Numbered from the stretch's first letter, positions 1-16,085 are shown. The stretch: 64,000 nucleotides of DNA from Eledone cirrhosa (GCA_964016885.1 OZ024745.1:28334001-28398000); one strand, 5' to 3'. The notes: a model not told the origin generated them from the sequence alone. Made by a program: numbers and translations.

Positions 1-100
<100 letters not shown>

Positions 101-224
101 TAATAAACCTTTATTTGTCTGCCTTTCTGTTTTGATCCCGTCCAAATTTGCTCTATATATATATACATAAAAATAAGGAGAGAGAACGCACACGCACACA
201 CAACACACATATGCGCGCGCATTT

Positions 225-257
<33 letters not shown>

Positions 258-261
<4 letters not shown>

Positions 262-585
262 TAAAGAACCCCTTCAGTTACGAATGACTATGGGTTTTGC
301 AACTAGAAAGTTCCTTCGATATACAAGACTGGGCAAGGTGTTTTGCTGGAAGTCCAGCAGTCGTTCTTACATACCAGTCTCCCTTCTCCACGCCACTGAT
401 GTTGTCCAAGGGAAAAGCAAAAGCTGATATAGCTTGGCACCAGTAACGTCGCAACTCATTTCTACAGCTGGGTGAACTGGAGCGACGTGAGATAAAGTGT
501 CTGGCTGAAGGACATAACAGAATCGAACTCACAATCTCACGAGTGTGAACCCAACACTCTAACCACTAAACCACGCGCCTTTACA
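258..585 (-). mobile_element. tRNA-derived SINE, family B (head with A/B boxes, CORE-like ccttgagcaagacactt-type segment)
   Basis: Minus strand starts gtgtaaaggcgcgtggtttagtggttagag...gagttcgattc. Homologous copies at 47070-47402 (-), 3330-3460 (- partial) and a head at 11830-11950 (+). Confidence 0.8.
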
Positions 586-614
586 CACAGACATATTTTG
601 CCTCACGGTTTATA

Positions 615-788
615 CAGACCTGCCAACCTCTAAAATCCCAAACGGAGAGTACCATGGAAAAGAGTGCCCCAAAATGGGGGAAAATGAGGCAAAATGAGGA
701 GATTTTACTTAATGAAAGCTATACTCATTTTCACAAAAACAAGGAGACGGGGAGAAATTAGCCAAAACGGGGAGAGTTGACAGGTCTG
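615..788. mobile_element. MITE, hAT-like
   Basis: 13-bp TIR cagacctgccaac / gttgacaggtctg (1 mismatch); imperfect 8-bp flanks ggtttata / gttatata; a solo end also at about 4402. Confidence 0.65.
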
Positions 789-874
789 GTTATATAATTT
801 CATACAATGACGTTGACGTTAATTCTTTACAAAATGGTGATCCCCATCCTCACCACCACAACTTAATTAAGCAA

Positions 875-913
875 ACTAAAAGAAAAACCACCCTTCGGGT
901 AGTTTTCTGCTAG
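875..913 (+). mobile_element. Solo Helitron-like 3' terminus (hairpin + CTAG)
   Basis: aaaaccacccttcgggtagtttt hairpin followed by ctgCTAG; related to 63262-63300. Confidence 0.5.
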
Positions 914-1653
914 CATATGTAGTGTACATATTGATATTATACTTATACACAGAAATTGAACGAAGACTGCGTTACACTCTCTTATGTAATCAGTAACGCA
1001 ATCCATGGTGCATTAAAAAAACACGATATTATATATAAATTGCATTAGAAGAAAATTAGTGACGGAAATATATAAATGTTTATTTAGGCGATCGCTAACC
1101 GGAAGTGTTGACATTTGAAAATGTTAAAGAAGTGAATCTTTAAATGAGTAATAAAATATATTTAATCAACAGCTACGAAATTTAGTAGATAAATTATGTA
1201 ATATTCCTTCATTATTTATTCAAAGTAATCCAACTTATTTTACTAATAGCATAAACAAATATAAACCGTACGCAGTCCCGTACTCTTTACTTTATTATAG
1301 TTTAGATATGTGATATAAACACAGCACATTCAATGTGATTGTAACATGCACTAATTTTCGAATAAAACATTTTTGTTATCGACTTTCTGATACTCTCCAT
1401 AGACTTTATTCTAGGAAGACGTATTGTAAGGAAGAGCTTATATGGAATAGCTGAGAATAAAGACAAACCTCGTGAGAGTGTTACTAACTTGCAATACATT
1501 AGATTTTGTTGGTTATTTACCTTCATACTTAAATACAATACTTATATTTACCGAATCAGAAGATCGTGCGGAAACACGCACAGAGGTTCTCGCGCGCGCG
1601 CGCACAGGCAGACACACACATATATATATATGAATATACATATAAATATATAA

Positions 1654-1724
<71 letters not shown>

Positions 1725-1728
1725 ATTA

Positions 1729-1783
<55 letters not shown>

Positions 1784-1787
1784 ATTA

Positions 1788-2383
<596 letters not shown>

Positions 2384-2391
2384 AGTATATG

Positions 2392-2454
<63 letters not shown>

Positions 2455-2518
2455 GTATGTGTATATATATATATATATGTATGTGTATATATATATATGT
2501 ATATATGTATATGTATGT

Positions 2519-2550
<32 letters not shown>

Positions 2551-2575
2551 ATATATATATGTATATATGTATATG

Positions 2576-2618
<43 letters not shown>

Positions 2619-2619
2619 G

Positions 2620-2666
<47 letters not shown>

Positions 2667-2745
2667 ATATATATATATGTATATATGTATATATATATGT
2701 ATATATATATGTATATATGTATATATATATGTATATATATTTATA

Positions 2746-2809
<64 letters not shown>

Positions 2810-3068
2810 CATATATACATATGTGTGTGTGTGTGTGTGTGTGTGTATGGGAACAGGGCAGGGTGGGGTGCGCGTGTCCATGTATTAATTACATTGAGTA
2901 AAAGTTCAAGCAATTTCTGGTCTCTTTTAAAAGAGTGAGACCAGAAATTGTTTGTTTAAACTTTTAATCTGTATTAATACACATTTGCTCTACGGATTCA
3001 TGTATATAACTACACAACTATACATACATACATAATACATACATACTTACACACACACACACACACAT

Positions 3069-3150
<82 letters not shown>

Positions 3151-3211
3151 CGAGAAACAGAGAGAGAAAGAGAAAGATACATCCATACACACAAGCATAT
3201 GTATACTACTG

Positions 3212-3288
<77 letters not shown>

Positions 3289-3635
3289 CTAGCACGCCCT
3301 ACCGTTTGGTCGTGGCTGTCAGTGTCTTTGTACATGGAAAGTTCCTCTACCTACAAGGTTCAAGTCTGGGCAATATGCTTTTCTAGAAACCCAGTTTCTC
3401 ATCTCCACGCCATCAATGTTGGCCAAGGGAAAAGAAAATGGTGATATAGCTTGGCACCATTGTCAACTGGATCAGGGGCGGTGGAACTGGGAAGGTCAAG
3501 GGAACCATCCCCCCCCCCTCAATAATTATATTTTTCTCCCCAAACTACAAAAATAGACATCTATTTTTATATGCGCTACAATTTATGTACAAGTCATGTA
3601 GAGATAGATATATATAGAGAGAGAGTCTGGTGGTA

Positions 3636-4110
3636 ATTGATATAGAGAGGGTGATTGGAAGAGAGTTCCGTGTAGTAGATATAGAGAGGGGGATTGGAAG
3701 AGAGTTCCGTGTAGTAGATATAGAGAGGGGGATTGGAAGAGAGTTCCGTGTAGTAGATATAGAGAGGGGGATTGGAAGAGAGTTCCGTGTAGTAGATATA
3801 GAGAGGGGGATTGGAAGAGAGTTCCGTGTAGTAGATATAGAGAGGGGGATTGGAAGAGAGTTCCGTGTAGTAGATATAGAGAGGGGGATTGGAAGAGAGT
3901 TCCGTGTAGTAGATATAGAGAGGGGGATTGGAAGAGAGTTCCGTGTAGTAGATATAGAGAGGGGGATTGGAAGAGAGTTCCGTGTAGTAGATATAGAGAG
4001 GGGGATTGGAAGAGAGTTCCGTGTAGTAGATATAGAGAGGGGGATTGGAAGAGAGTTCCGTGTAGTAGATATAGAGAGGGGGATTGGAAGAGAGTTCCGT
4101 GTAGTAGATA
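3636..4110. repeat. 39-bp minisatellite, about 12 copies
   Basis: gatatagagagggggattggaagagagttccgtgtagta repeated almost perfectly. Confidence 0.95.
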
Positions 4111-4957
4111 TAAAGACGGGGAGAGTTTGGTGTTAATCAATAGAGTGAGAGGATTGATAGAGATAGGTATTGATAGATATAGAGAGGGAGGGAGTTTGTT
4201 AGTGATGGATAGAGGGAGAGGGAATGAGAGAGAGTGTTGTATGTTAGATATAGAGAGGGGGATAGCTTGCTGGTAATTTATATAGAGAGGTGAGTCGGGA
4301 GACAGTTACGTATAGTAGATATAGAAAGGGGAGAGTTTGGTGTTAATTGATATATATATAATAAATTATATGGACATAAATAATATATATATATCATACA
4401 TCAGACCTGTCAATTCTCCCCATCCGACGGGGAGATCTCCCACCCATATACATATATACCTGGAGCCTATACATAAATTATTATTCGCTGCAATATATAT
4501 TTGGGTGATAACCATTATTCAACAGCTATGACTTCATCAAGCAGCTAGAACTTGAACAGAAAAAAAAGGGAAAACATAATGGGGGAACAAAGTTTACCTC
4601 ATTATTTGGTTCATATGCCCACTTCCGAAGTGTGGTGTTGTTTTCTCAAAGGGCTGGTAGCACATATACACACATAAAAGGAATATGGTAATGAAAGGGT
4701 TAAGTAATCATATTGATGGTCTCTCCACAGCCCCGGCGGACAGATGGTAAGGTAGATGTGCTGGAAGAGCCATTCCAACTCGCGATGCTCACCCCTGTGA
4801 CTGGCCAGCTCAGCGCCTATGGTGGTGAGTATGTTTGTATGTAAGTACCTCAAGCTTCCGAAACTATAATGATCCCCAGAAGACAGCCGATGAGCGGGAG
4901 TTGTCCATGTTCTTGTCTCATCCTAATTTTCTGTTTCGTATATATATATATATATAT

Positions 4958-5397
4958 AGGAACCAGTAAGACCCCGACAGCTGAGCTCAAGCCGTTTCGA
5001 CGGCTAATTCTGGACTAATTCTCTACCAAGAACATCCCAATCCCACCGAAAAAACTTTACCTTCGGATGCTCACGCAAAAAATCGACCTCAAGTATTGAG
5101 TACTTTGGTGCGTTATGGTCCACCTGGTTCCTTACCACATCTCATTCGTTATCTAACTCCTACTCCCGTAGTAGAGCACTTTCCGACCCTACCACGCCGT
5201 ATCCAGACTTTTCCGCTAAGCTCAATTCATTTCACCCGCACCATGCGAAAACACAACATTGACTTCTCTACCAAGAACATCCCAATCCCACCGAAAAAAC
5301 TTTACCATCGGATGCTCACGCAAAAAATCGACCTCAAGTATTGAGTACTTTGGTGCGTTATGGTCCACCTGGTTCCTTACCACATCTCATTCGTTAT
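4958..5397 (+). mobile_element. Internally deleted mini-PLE: inverted arm + 245-nt tandem unit containing the ORF start
   Basis: Direct repeats 5019-5152 / 5264-5397. ATG at 5243 gives MRKHNIDFSTKNIPIPPKKLYHRMLTQKI, resembling the S(T/L)KNIPIP N-terminus of PLE ORFs. Inverted arm 4958-5017 is shared with 51580-51785. Confidence 0.7.
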
Positions 5398-5579
5398 ATA
5401 TATATATATACCAACACATTAAAACTTTAGATCAGTTTGATAATCGCCACCGACGAATGCGAGAAATTTTCTCCAGAAAGTTAACCAGGATTTTTAAAAT
5501 ACTTTCCGCCAAAGTTAACAAAGAACTTATTAGATCTACATAGAAAAATTATAAAATTGTAAAATTATAAAATGAAGTC

Positions 5580-5695
5580 GATGAAATCGAAAATGCAACT
5601 GGGGTCTTTTTAAGAATATTTATTTGTTTCCTTTACCGGTAAAGGAAACAAATAAATATTCTTAAAAAGACCCAAGTTGCATTTTCGATTTCATC
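5580..5695. repeat. 58-bp-arm near-perfect palindrome next to (TA)n (PLE-like fold-back)
   Basis: Centre ttaccggtaa at 5637/5638; one mismatch between arms. Confidence 0.85.
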
Positions 5696-5704
5696 TTTTT
5701 ACTT

Positions 5705-5837
<133 letters not shown>

Positions 5838-6329
5838 GTAACCCATACATAAATTATATCTATTTAGCGCTGATTACTAAGATACTTCATGGGCAGTTTG
5901 AAATGTGGCCTCGGTCTCATCTGACCTGGGTCTATTACAAGCTATATACATACCTGTTTACATTACTTGGGTAAAACGTCCGCGATTATATACCTATTCT
6001 ATATTTTATATTTATAATAGATTGTTGTCAGCATAGATATTCACACACTGTGTCCCTCACCAATAGATAAGGTCAGGAGATTTAGTCACACACGTACAGA
6101 TAAAGATATTTACACGTACACAGACATAACTACACACACACACACCCAAACACACATACACACACACATACACATACAAACCTAAACACACATACAGACA
6201 CATACACACACACATAGACGTATACACACAGAGAAACATACACATATACAGAAACACATACACACAAATAGAGACACAGACGCATACAGAGACATACAGA
6301 CGCATAGAGACACATGCACACATACAGAG

Positions 6330-8070
6330 ACATACAGACGCATACAGACACATGCACACATACAGTCACATACAGACGCATACAGACACATGCACACATA
6401 CAGTCACATACAGACGCATAGAGATACATGCACACATACAGTCACATACAGACGCATACAGACACATGTACACATACAGTCACATACAGACGCATACAGA
6501 CACATGTACACATGCAGTCACATACAGACGCATACAGACACATGTACACATACAGTCACATACAGACGCATAGAGACACATGCACACATACAGTCACATA
6601 CAGGCACATACAGACACATGTACACATACAGTCACATCCAGACGCATAGAGACACATGTACACATACAGTCACATACAGGCACATACAGACACATGTACA
6701 CATACAGTCACATACAGACGCATAGAGACACATGTACACATACAGATGCATATAGATACATGCACACATACAGTCACATACAGACGCATACAGACACATG
6801 TACACATACAGTCACATACAGACGCATACAGACACATGTACACATGCAGTCACATACAGACGCATACAGACACATGTACACATACAGTCACATACAGACG
6901 CATAGAGACACATGCACACATACAGTCACATACAGGCACATACAGACACATGTACACATACAGTCACATCCAGACGCATAGAGACACATGTACACATACA
7001 GTCACATCCAGACGCATACAGACACATGTACACATACAGTCACATACAGACGCATAGAGACACATGTACACATACAGATGCATATAGACACATGTACACA
7101 TACAGTCACATACAGACGCATACAGACACATGTACACATACAGTCACATACAGACGCATACAGACATATGTACACATACAGTCACATACAGACGCATAGA
7201 GACACATGCACATATACAGTCACATACAGACGCATACAGACACATGCACACATGCAGTCACATACAGACGCATAGCGATACATGTACACATACAGTCACA
7301 TACAGGCACATACAGACACATGTACACATACAGTCACATCCAGACGCATACAGACACATGTACACATACAGTCACATACAGACGCATAGAGACACATGTA
7401 CACATGCAGTCACATACAGACGCATAGAGACACATGTACACATACAGTCACATACAGACGCATACAGACACATGTACACATACAGTCACATACAGACGCA
7501 TAGAGACACATGTACACATACAGTCACATACAGACGCATAGAGACACATGTACACATACAGTCACATCCAGACGCATAGAGACACATGTACACATACAGT
7601 CACATACAGACGCATAGAGACACATGTACACATACAGTCACATCCAGACGCATAGAGACACATGCACACATACAGTCACATACAGACACATGTACACATA
7701 CAGTCACATACAGACGCATAGAGACACATGTACACATACAGTCACATACAGACGCATACAGACACATGTACACATACAGTCACATACAGTCACATACAGA
7801 CACATGTACACATACAGTCACATACAGACGCATAGAGACACATGTACACATACAGTCACATACAGACGCATAGAGACACATGTACACATACAGTCACATA
7901 CAGTCACATACAGACACATGTACACATACAGTCACATACAGACGCATACAGACACATGTACACATACAGTCACATACAGACACATATACACATACAGTCA
8001 CATACAGACGCATAGAGACACATGTACACATACAGTCACATACAGACGCATAGAGACACATGCACACAGA
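6330..8070. repeat. 38-bp CA-rich minisatellite
   Basis: catacagacgcatacagacacatgtacacatacagtca units with variants. Confidence 0.95.
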
Positions 8071-8369
8071 GAAAGAAAGACATAGATACACAGGCAGAGA
8101 GAGATATGTTGCACACATACAGACAGGTAGACAGACCTATATTAAATATAATCACACTGTCTGTAGATAATATTAGCACATTAGAGATGTTTTCTGTTGT
8201 AAGAGAGACATGATTATTTTATAAATACCGTGACATGTCGGACACACCCACATGCTATACACCCACGTGTTGTTATATACATACACATATATATACATGT
8301 GTTCAAATATACGTACATACATACGTACATACACACACACACATACACATATACTTACACACACACACA

Positions 8370-8408
<39 letters not shown>

Positions 8409-8477
8409 CATTATGGGTGGATTCCTAAATTATATCTGGATGATTTCATATGAATGAAACAGTGCTAGTTATTTAGA

Positions 8478-8605
<128 letters not shown>

Positions 8606-8629
8606 TAATTGACGATCTCTAGAGGTTCG

Positions 8630-8770
8630 ACACCACCTTGGAGGATGCAGAGGGGGTGGTACGGGACTGCCAGCGATGGAGGGCGCAGGTGGACATGGTC
8701 GACTCTATGCACGATGGGATCGCTGACCTAGGGTGACCCTAGTCCAACCAAGTAAGAGCAAGAAGAAGAA
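8630..8770 (+). mobile_element. 3' end fragment of an RTE-like LINE
   Basis: EDAEGVVRDCQRWRAQV-like C-terminus followed by a (GAA)n tail. Confidence 0.45.
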
Positions 8771-9706
8771 TTCTTTATATGCGAGTTGCTATTCTGTAGT
8801 TTCAACGTGTACTCAGGATTATCAAACAAGATCTGATGTTCAGTACATTCTTGGTGATTTTATACCAATGAAGCATTCTGAGGTGTAACTCAGGTTTAGG
8901 CCAATATTCGTCGGATAAGACAACCCCTCAAAAATAAGGCAGTCGCAGTGGAAATAATTCAAAAAATTTAGTGGCGTGCTAAAGGCTAAGACACTTCTAA
9001 AACACTTCAATCGCAGGTAAAGCCTAACCTTAACGAACCAAGGGTAACCTACCCTATGAGCCACGGCAAGTTATGTTATTATAATCTCTACGCTAAATAG
9101 ACTTAACAAATATGAGATTCAGTAGGAAATAATTGTGGTGGGCTGCTAGAGTTATGATAAGTGGTGTACAACGAGTGTTAGATTGACAGTTTCACTGTTT
9201 ACCCCTCAGTAGTAAAGGTTCACATTTTATATTCAGCGGAGAAATGAACCCCTGATTGTGGAGAGATATTTTTAGGCTCCAAGTGTCGATTTGTACTCCG
9301 GCATATGCGGTATATATATGTAGAGTTATTTGATAAAGAATATTCAAAGTTGGGAAGCCCTCATTCCGTGGAAAGAGTTGTGGTATTTATTACACAAAGT
9401 ATGTTGTCATTTACGTACAAATGTTTCTCTGGCTGTCTGTTTCAGATCTTCCCTCATACAGGCTTCAAAGCTTTAGCTTATAGTGCCACAAAATAATATC
9501 AGTATAGGCTGACGATTTGGAACCTGTCACAAGAAAAATATGAAATAAAAAGCCAAAGAAACATTTGTACCTAATTGACTGGAATTTGATGTCAAAACGG
9601 CAAGAGCTTATCCGTCTGGCCCCTACTCTTTTATTTACACTCTATTATCCCAAGCATGGGCTTACTAGTTTAAAACTTGTAAAATCTCTCTCTCTCTCAC
9701 TCTTTT

Positions 9707-9764
<58 letters not shown>

Positions 9765-10016
9765 CTAACCTGATTAGTTTTTTCGTTGTTTTGGTATTGT
9801 ATGGCTTGGTTTTGCCGGCCGCAATTTTCAATTTGTCAAGCTATCTAAACGTAATGTTATTACTCTAAGGACCTACCCTTATTGAATACTTTGCTACTCA
9901 TTCCTAATTGTAGGTCGATTTTGCTTGGCCGCAGCCAAAGCTTCGATTTTACTAAGCTTCCACTTGTATATATATATATCTATATATATATATATATATA
10001 TATAGATATAGATAGA

Positions 10017-10069
10017 TGAGATTCTACAGGACTAGAACTGTTTCATTCTTTAGAAATCATCAGGAATCT
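10017..10069 (-). ncRNA. Type I hammerhead ribozyme (H2, antisense arm)
   Basis: Reverse complement reads agattc-CTGATGA-tttctaaagaat-GAAA-cagttctagtcctg-TA-gaatct. Confidence 0.8.
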
Positions 10070-10123
10070 GAGATTCCTGATGATTTCTAAAGAATGAAAC
10101 AGTTCTAGTCCTGTAGAATCTCA
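10069..10123 (+). ncRNA. Type I hammerhead ribozyme (H2)
   Basis: tgagattc-CTGATGA-tttctaaagaat-GAAA-cag[ttctagtc]ctg-TA-gaatctca; 8-bp stem I, GUA site. Confidence 0.85.
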
Positions 10124-10206
10124 TCTATATTAAAACTTTTATACTCTGCAATGTTTTGAGTACCTTACTTACTGTGGTTACCTCCGATTCAATCCGGAAT
10201 AACGTA

Positions 10207-11059
<853 letters not shown>

Positions 11060-11364
11060 TAATTATTTCTGTGGAAAAAGTAAAGGAAAGAAGAGTGCTC
11101 TGTGTATAGTACAGAGCTATTTAATTATGTAATAAACAATTAAATTATTCCATTTCAGATAGAAAGATTCTATCTGATGAACGATATCAGACGTTTCTGT
11201 TAGATCGTCTAACTTTACTGCTACTTTATTTTAACGACTCCAATAAGGATGAAAGGCAAATCTAACCTCGGCTAAATGCCGCAGAGCCTGTTGTGCGACG
11301 CTCTACAGATATTGTCTATCTACCGCCTTTAGGAATATAGTAGTAATGATTTTTACATTAACTA

Positions 11365-11555
11365 CAATGCCAGTAATTTTGTGGGGAGGGGAAAATCGAT
11401 TAAATCGACCCCAGTGAGTGACTGGTACTTTATTTTATCGACCATGTAAGGATGAAAGGCTAAGTTAACCTCGACGGGATTTGAACTCAGATCATAAAGG
11501 GCCGTAACTCTATGCTGCAAAGTATGGCGTCCGACTCTCTCAGCCAATCCACCGT
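11365..11555 (-). mobile_element. Meta-domain tRNA SINE (family A)
   Basis: tRNA-like head (gagttcaaatccc B box) + gcctttcatcct..ggtcgataaaataaagtaccag. Other copies at about 11240-11330, 23415-23520, 39440-39640, 39660-39780, 40030-40145, 53185-53370 (all -) and 47410-47560, 55022-55207, 61195-61360 (+). Confidence 0.85.
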
Positions 11556-12148
11556 TTTTATGAATTACAGTAATAATACCAATGCTTCTACACCTCAAAA
11601 CACTCCCTACTAACGAAACATAAGGGTGCGTAGCTGTAACAAATATTTTCACTAAATATGAACGTAGAAACATTTATTTCTTCTTTGTAATTAATGCTTA
11701 AGATGATTTATTATCTCTGAAGAACTATAGTTGACATTCACACGAAATACACGGGATTGTGGGGGTGAAGCAAAATGTAGGAGGGGTCAAATTTTACATG
11801 TAATCCTTTTTTACACAGGTATATACGGTGTGTGAAGGCGCGTGGGTTAGTGGTTAGAAAGCTGGATTGGCAATCGTGGGGTTGCGAGATCAATTCTCGG
11901 ACCGGGCGATGCGTTGTGTCCTTGAGCAAGACACTTTATTTTACGTTGCCCCTTCTGCCAGGGGGTGCGACCAGTAGATAGTATCAGCAATGGAAACATT
12001 GTTTCCTTGGTCCGATTTAACGAGGTCCACCCCATTCGGCAAGCGAATGAGGTCTAGGATCTTGTCGATCGATCAGAGCGATATGGTGTATGTGTGTGTG
12101 TATCTGTGTGTGTGTGTGTGTGTGTATCTGTGTGTATCTGTGTGTATC

Positions 12149-12211
<63 letters not shown>

Positions 12212-12724
12212 TACTGAATAGATGGAATTAATCTGGTGAATTAATATGTTTGTGTTTTGTGTTAGTCATGTTGTTGCTGTTGTTGTTAGTCATATATTTT
12301 AGCCCTTAAGTCGTTTACGATCAGAAAGACCTATAATCGAAGACATTCCAGTTGTGACCATCCGGTCTATTTTTCAGATACTCTAACAGAAACTACATTC
12401 TCTAAAGTATCCATCATTGGCAAAATACTTTCTCCATAAGAAATAGACTAAAGTCCAACTCTCTAACCACTATGCCGCTACACACCTTCAAATCCAGTTT
12501 CATTTAGTGGCTGTCTAATTACCAGTGGAGGATAAGAGGAATGTAAGATAGTTCCGGGTGGTTACACCCCAGTAAACATATTTAACAGGTAAACAATGTT
12601 TACAACAACACTAATGAGGTTCCGTTCTAATTGAGTTTCTTAATTAACAATATTTAAGATATGTCAACTTAGTGAAATATACCATAGCTACCATTCAAAC
12701 TGTCTCTTTTGTGCCGTCTAGATG

Positions 12725-13070
12725 TACCACCACCACCACCACCAACACCACTAACACCTCCACTACCACTAACACCTCCACTACCACCACCACCACTATC
12801 ACTACCACCACAACTACCACCACCACTGCCACTACCACCACCACTGTCACCACCACCACTATCACTACCACCACAACTACCACTACCACCACTGCCACTA
12901 CCACCACCACTGCCACCACCACCACTATCACTACCACCACAACTACCACCACCACCACCATTGCTACTACCACCACCACTGCCAATGCCAACACCACTAC
13001 CACTACCACTACCACCACCACAACCACTACCAACAACAACAACATTACCATCACCACCACTACTCACATC
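12725..13070. repeat. (ACC/ACT)n compound trinucleotide repeat
   Basis: Degenerate cca/cta triplet array. Confidence 0.9.
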
Positions 13071-13468
13071 CACGTGCCTGTGTATTTTGATCTAACCAAT
13101 ACTGTTGCGTAGCTTGATGAATTTATATCTACTAAACTAAGGACTATATGTGTCTATGTGTATATTTGTGTATGTTTGTGTTATGTTGTGTGTGTGTGTG
13201 GGGGGGGGGGGCTTTGTAAATAACTGATAAAAAGAACTCAATACTTAAGGAGCATGTGTATTTTAAAGTAGAGCACATAGAACAGTTACGGACCTGTTTC
13301 GGCTCTCAGGAAATGTGGCACATTCTACTGCCTCTTCCATACACATGCACACATGTGTGTATCATGACTCGTGCACTGTTCATTTTCCTGATGTTTGTGC
13401 ATTGCCCTATGTACTGTACATACACTTTTTGATGAGTTGTGGTGCACCTGGGCACTGTACACAATATT

Positions 13469-13504
<36 letters not shown>

Positions 13505-13667
13505 CATAATTCATACACTATTCATTTTACTGACATTTGTACATTATTCTATGTACTATACATGCACCTTTGATGAGTTGTAGTGCACCTGAGCACTGTA
13601 CACAGTAATTTCATTATTATTATAATCCAGGTGCGCTTTGCGAACCCTTTTTTAATTATCATTTTCT

Positions 13668-13767
<100 letters not shown>

Positions 13768-13915
13768 TAATTAAGAGTTCCAGGTATGTGGTATTATCAG
13801 GTTCATCACATATCATCCGTTATATATAACAAGAGCAACAGTTCCGGTGTATTTTTTCGGGGTGTTGTAGCAACGTAACCCTCGCGAATACCGGTGTATG
13901 TGTAGGTCTCTCTCC

Positions 13916-13977
<62 letters not shown>

Positions 13978-14016
13978 CTATTTATCTATCTCTATCTCTC
14001 TCTCTATCTATCTCTA

Positions 14017-14097
<81 letters not shown>

Positions 14098-14398
14098 ATC
14101 TCTCTATCTATTTATCTCAAAGTAGAAACAATTATTTAAGTACACTCATACAAAACAACGGAGTCTTACTAAAAGTTTAATTCCTTATACTCTACAGATT
14201 AGTCTGTTATACTTCTGATGAATTGGTTTGTTTTCTTTACCGATTGTTGAACCACTGAGTTTGAAATGTCGGCATAACTTTATTTATCTGAACTTTTACC
14301 TTGTTCTTAAGATCCTATAAAGACAACATGTAACACTTTACTTGTCATAATAACATTGACATAATTGACCTGATCATACGACATGACTCAAACGCTTA

Positions 14399-14509
<111 letters not shown>

Positions 14510-14849
14510 GATGTATGTGTGTGCGTGCCTGTGTATATATATATATTAGAAGAATTAGATGGACTATTTTTTTTAGAAGAAAGCATAGACGAATAATTTT
14601 GATGTTACCATGGGATCTAGTCGTTCTGCTGAAGATACAGACCTTGTTGGTTTATAACTATCATTTAAATTAATTGATCAATGTACAAATTTAGGGGGTG
14701 GGTATAGGGACGATGCTTTATTTTCCCAATGGAATCCAAGTATTAGGCCAAAGCTTGACCTGCTTGCAATAGCAGCAAAATCCCTCTAAAATCATACACC
14801 ACAGTTTTGAAAATGGAAAAATACGTTGGATATTTTAGCCGCAGTAAGA

Positions 14850-15095
14850 GACTTGATCTGAGATCATGTGTTGAAATTAAGGCAATTACAGTGTAAATGA
14901 GTCATTTTAACCACAGTTGTACATGTTTGGCAAGTGACTTGATCTGACACCGTGTGTTGAAACTAACGCAATTACATCATGGAAAAGTCATTTTAGTAAC
15001 ATTGGTATATGTTTGACAAGTGACTTGATGTGAGACTGGGTGTTGACACCAAAGCAATTACATTGTGAAAGACTCATTTTAGTCACAATTGTACA
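14850..15095. repeat. About 87-bp diverged tandem repeat, 3 copies
   Basis: gacttgatctgag..tgtgttgaaa..gcaattaca..gtcatttta recurring. Confidence 0.8.
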
Positions 15096-15780
15096 AAAAC
15101 ACACAAACTGTTAAGTTCCATTTACATTTATTTATTGGTAACAAAGTTTACGACGACCTGGTCACTGACACAGTTCTACGACTGTTTAGTCTCAGCTACC
15201 TTTAATATACTGAGATGGTCATGAGAGGAAGGCTTAGCAAGAGGAATTAAACAGGCAAGAAAATGTCATCGGCAGACATCTGTCTCCTATACAGGCGCCA
15301 TCCATGCATGGATGGATAGACATTGCACACAACACCAACAAATATATATGTGGGAGGGTATGTGTATGTGTGTGTGATATATGGGAGGGCGCGTGTATAT
15401 GTGTGTGTGATAGCATTTATTGGAACACTAAACACATCTCTGAGTATCACCTATCACCAATATTACTACCCCTAACACTAAAACCACCAACACCATCATA
15501 CTATCACCACCAACAATATAACTATCAACACCAACACAACCACCTTCACAACCAAAACAGTTACTATCAACACCAACACAACTACCACCAACACCAACAC
15601 CATCATATCCAGTAATGTCACTATCAACACCAACACAACTACCACCACAACCAACACTGTCACTACTATCATTAAGAATATCTTTACCAACATCTCCCCC
15701 AATAACTTCACCATCCGCATTAACTGAACTTATTTCTTAGCCAACTAACAACACTATAACCAGCAACACATGTATGTATG

Positions 15781-16085
15781 CAGGGGCCTCGTTTGCCTTT
15801 AAAATATGAGGAGGACAAACCAACATTTGTTGATTCTTAAAGGAGCATAAATTACTTATGGTGCCTTTCCCGGATCCTATCACATAAGTAAAATTTTACG
15901 CTAATTAAATTTTATATATTCAAATGAAGTTCAGATATAAAAGAATAATCTTTAAAAGAATTTTTTATATCAAATAAACAAAAAATAAAATATAGACGTT
16001 TGAAAAAGTGTGGGGTGGAGTGGTGTGTGTGTGTGGGGGGGGGGGGGGGCTTTTCCCCTGGTACCCTCCTGAAATAAGGCCCTTG
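15781..16085. mobile_element. hAT-like MITE
   Basis: TIR caggggcct / aggcccttg; 8-bp TSD tatgtatg / tacgtatg. Confidence 0.65.

Noticed and set aside
3636-4110. Regular 39-bp (also 38-bp and 31-bp) arrays as CRISPR
   Set aside because: No unique spacers and eukaryotic context; plain minisatellites.
11150-11200. Hairpin with adjacent CTGATGA
   Set aside because: No same-strand GAAA/UH in the correct register.
13225-13325. Minus-strand GAAA-cagg-TC with a PLE-type tail
   Set aside because: Only the 3' half of a core is present; not counted as a ribozyme.
14210-14280. CTGATGA...GAAA-tgtcggca-TA hammerhead candidate
   Set aside because: Stem I does not pair and stem II is not closed; at best degenerate.
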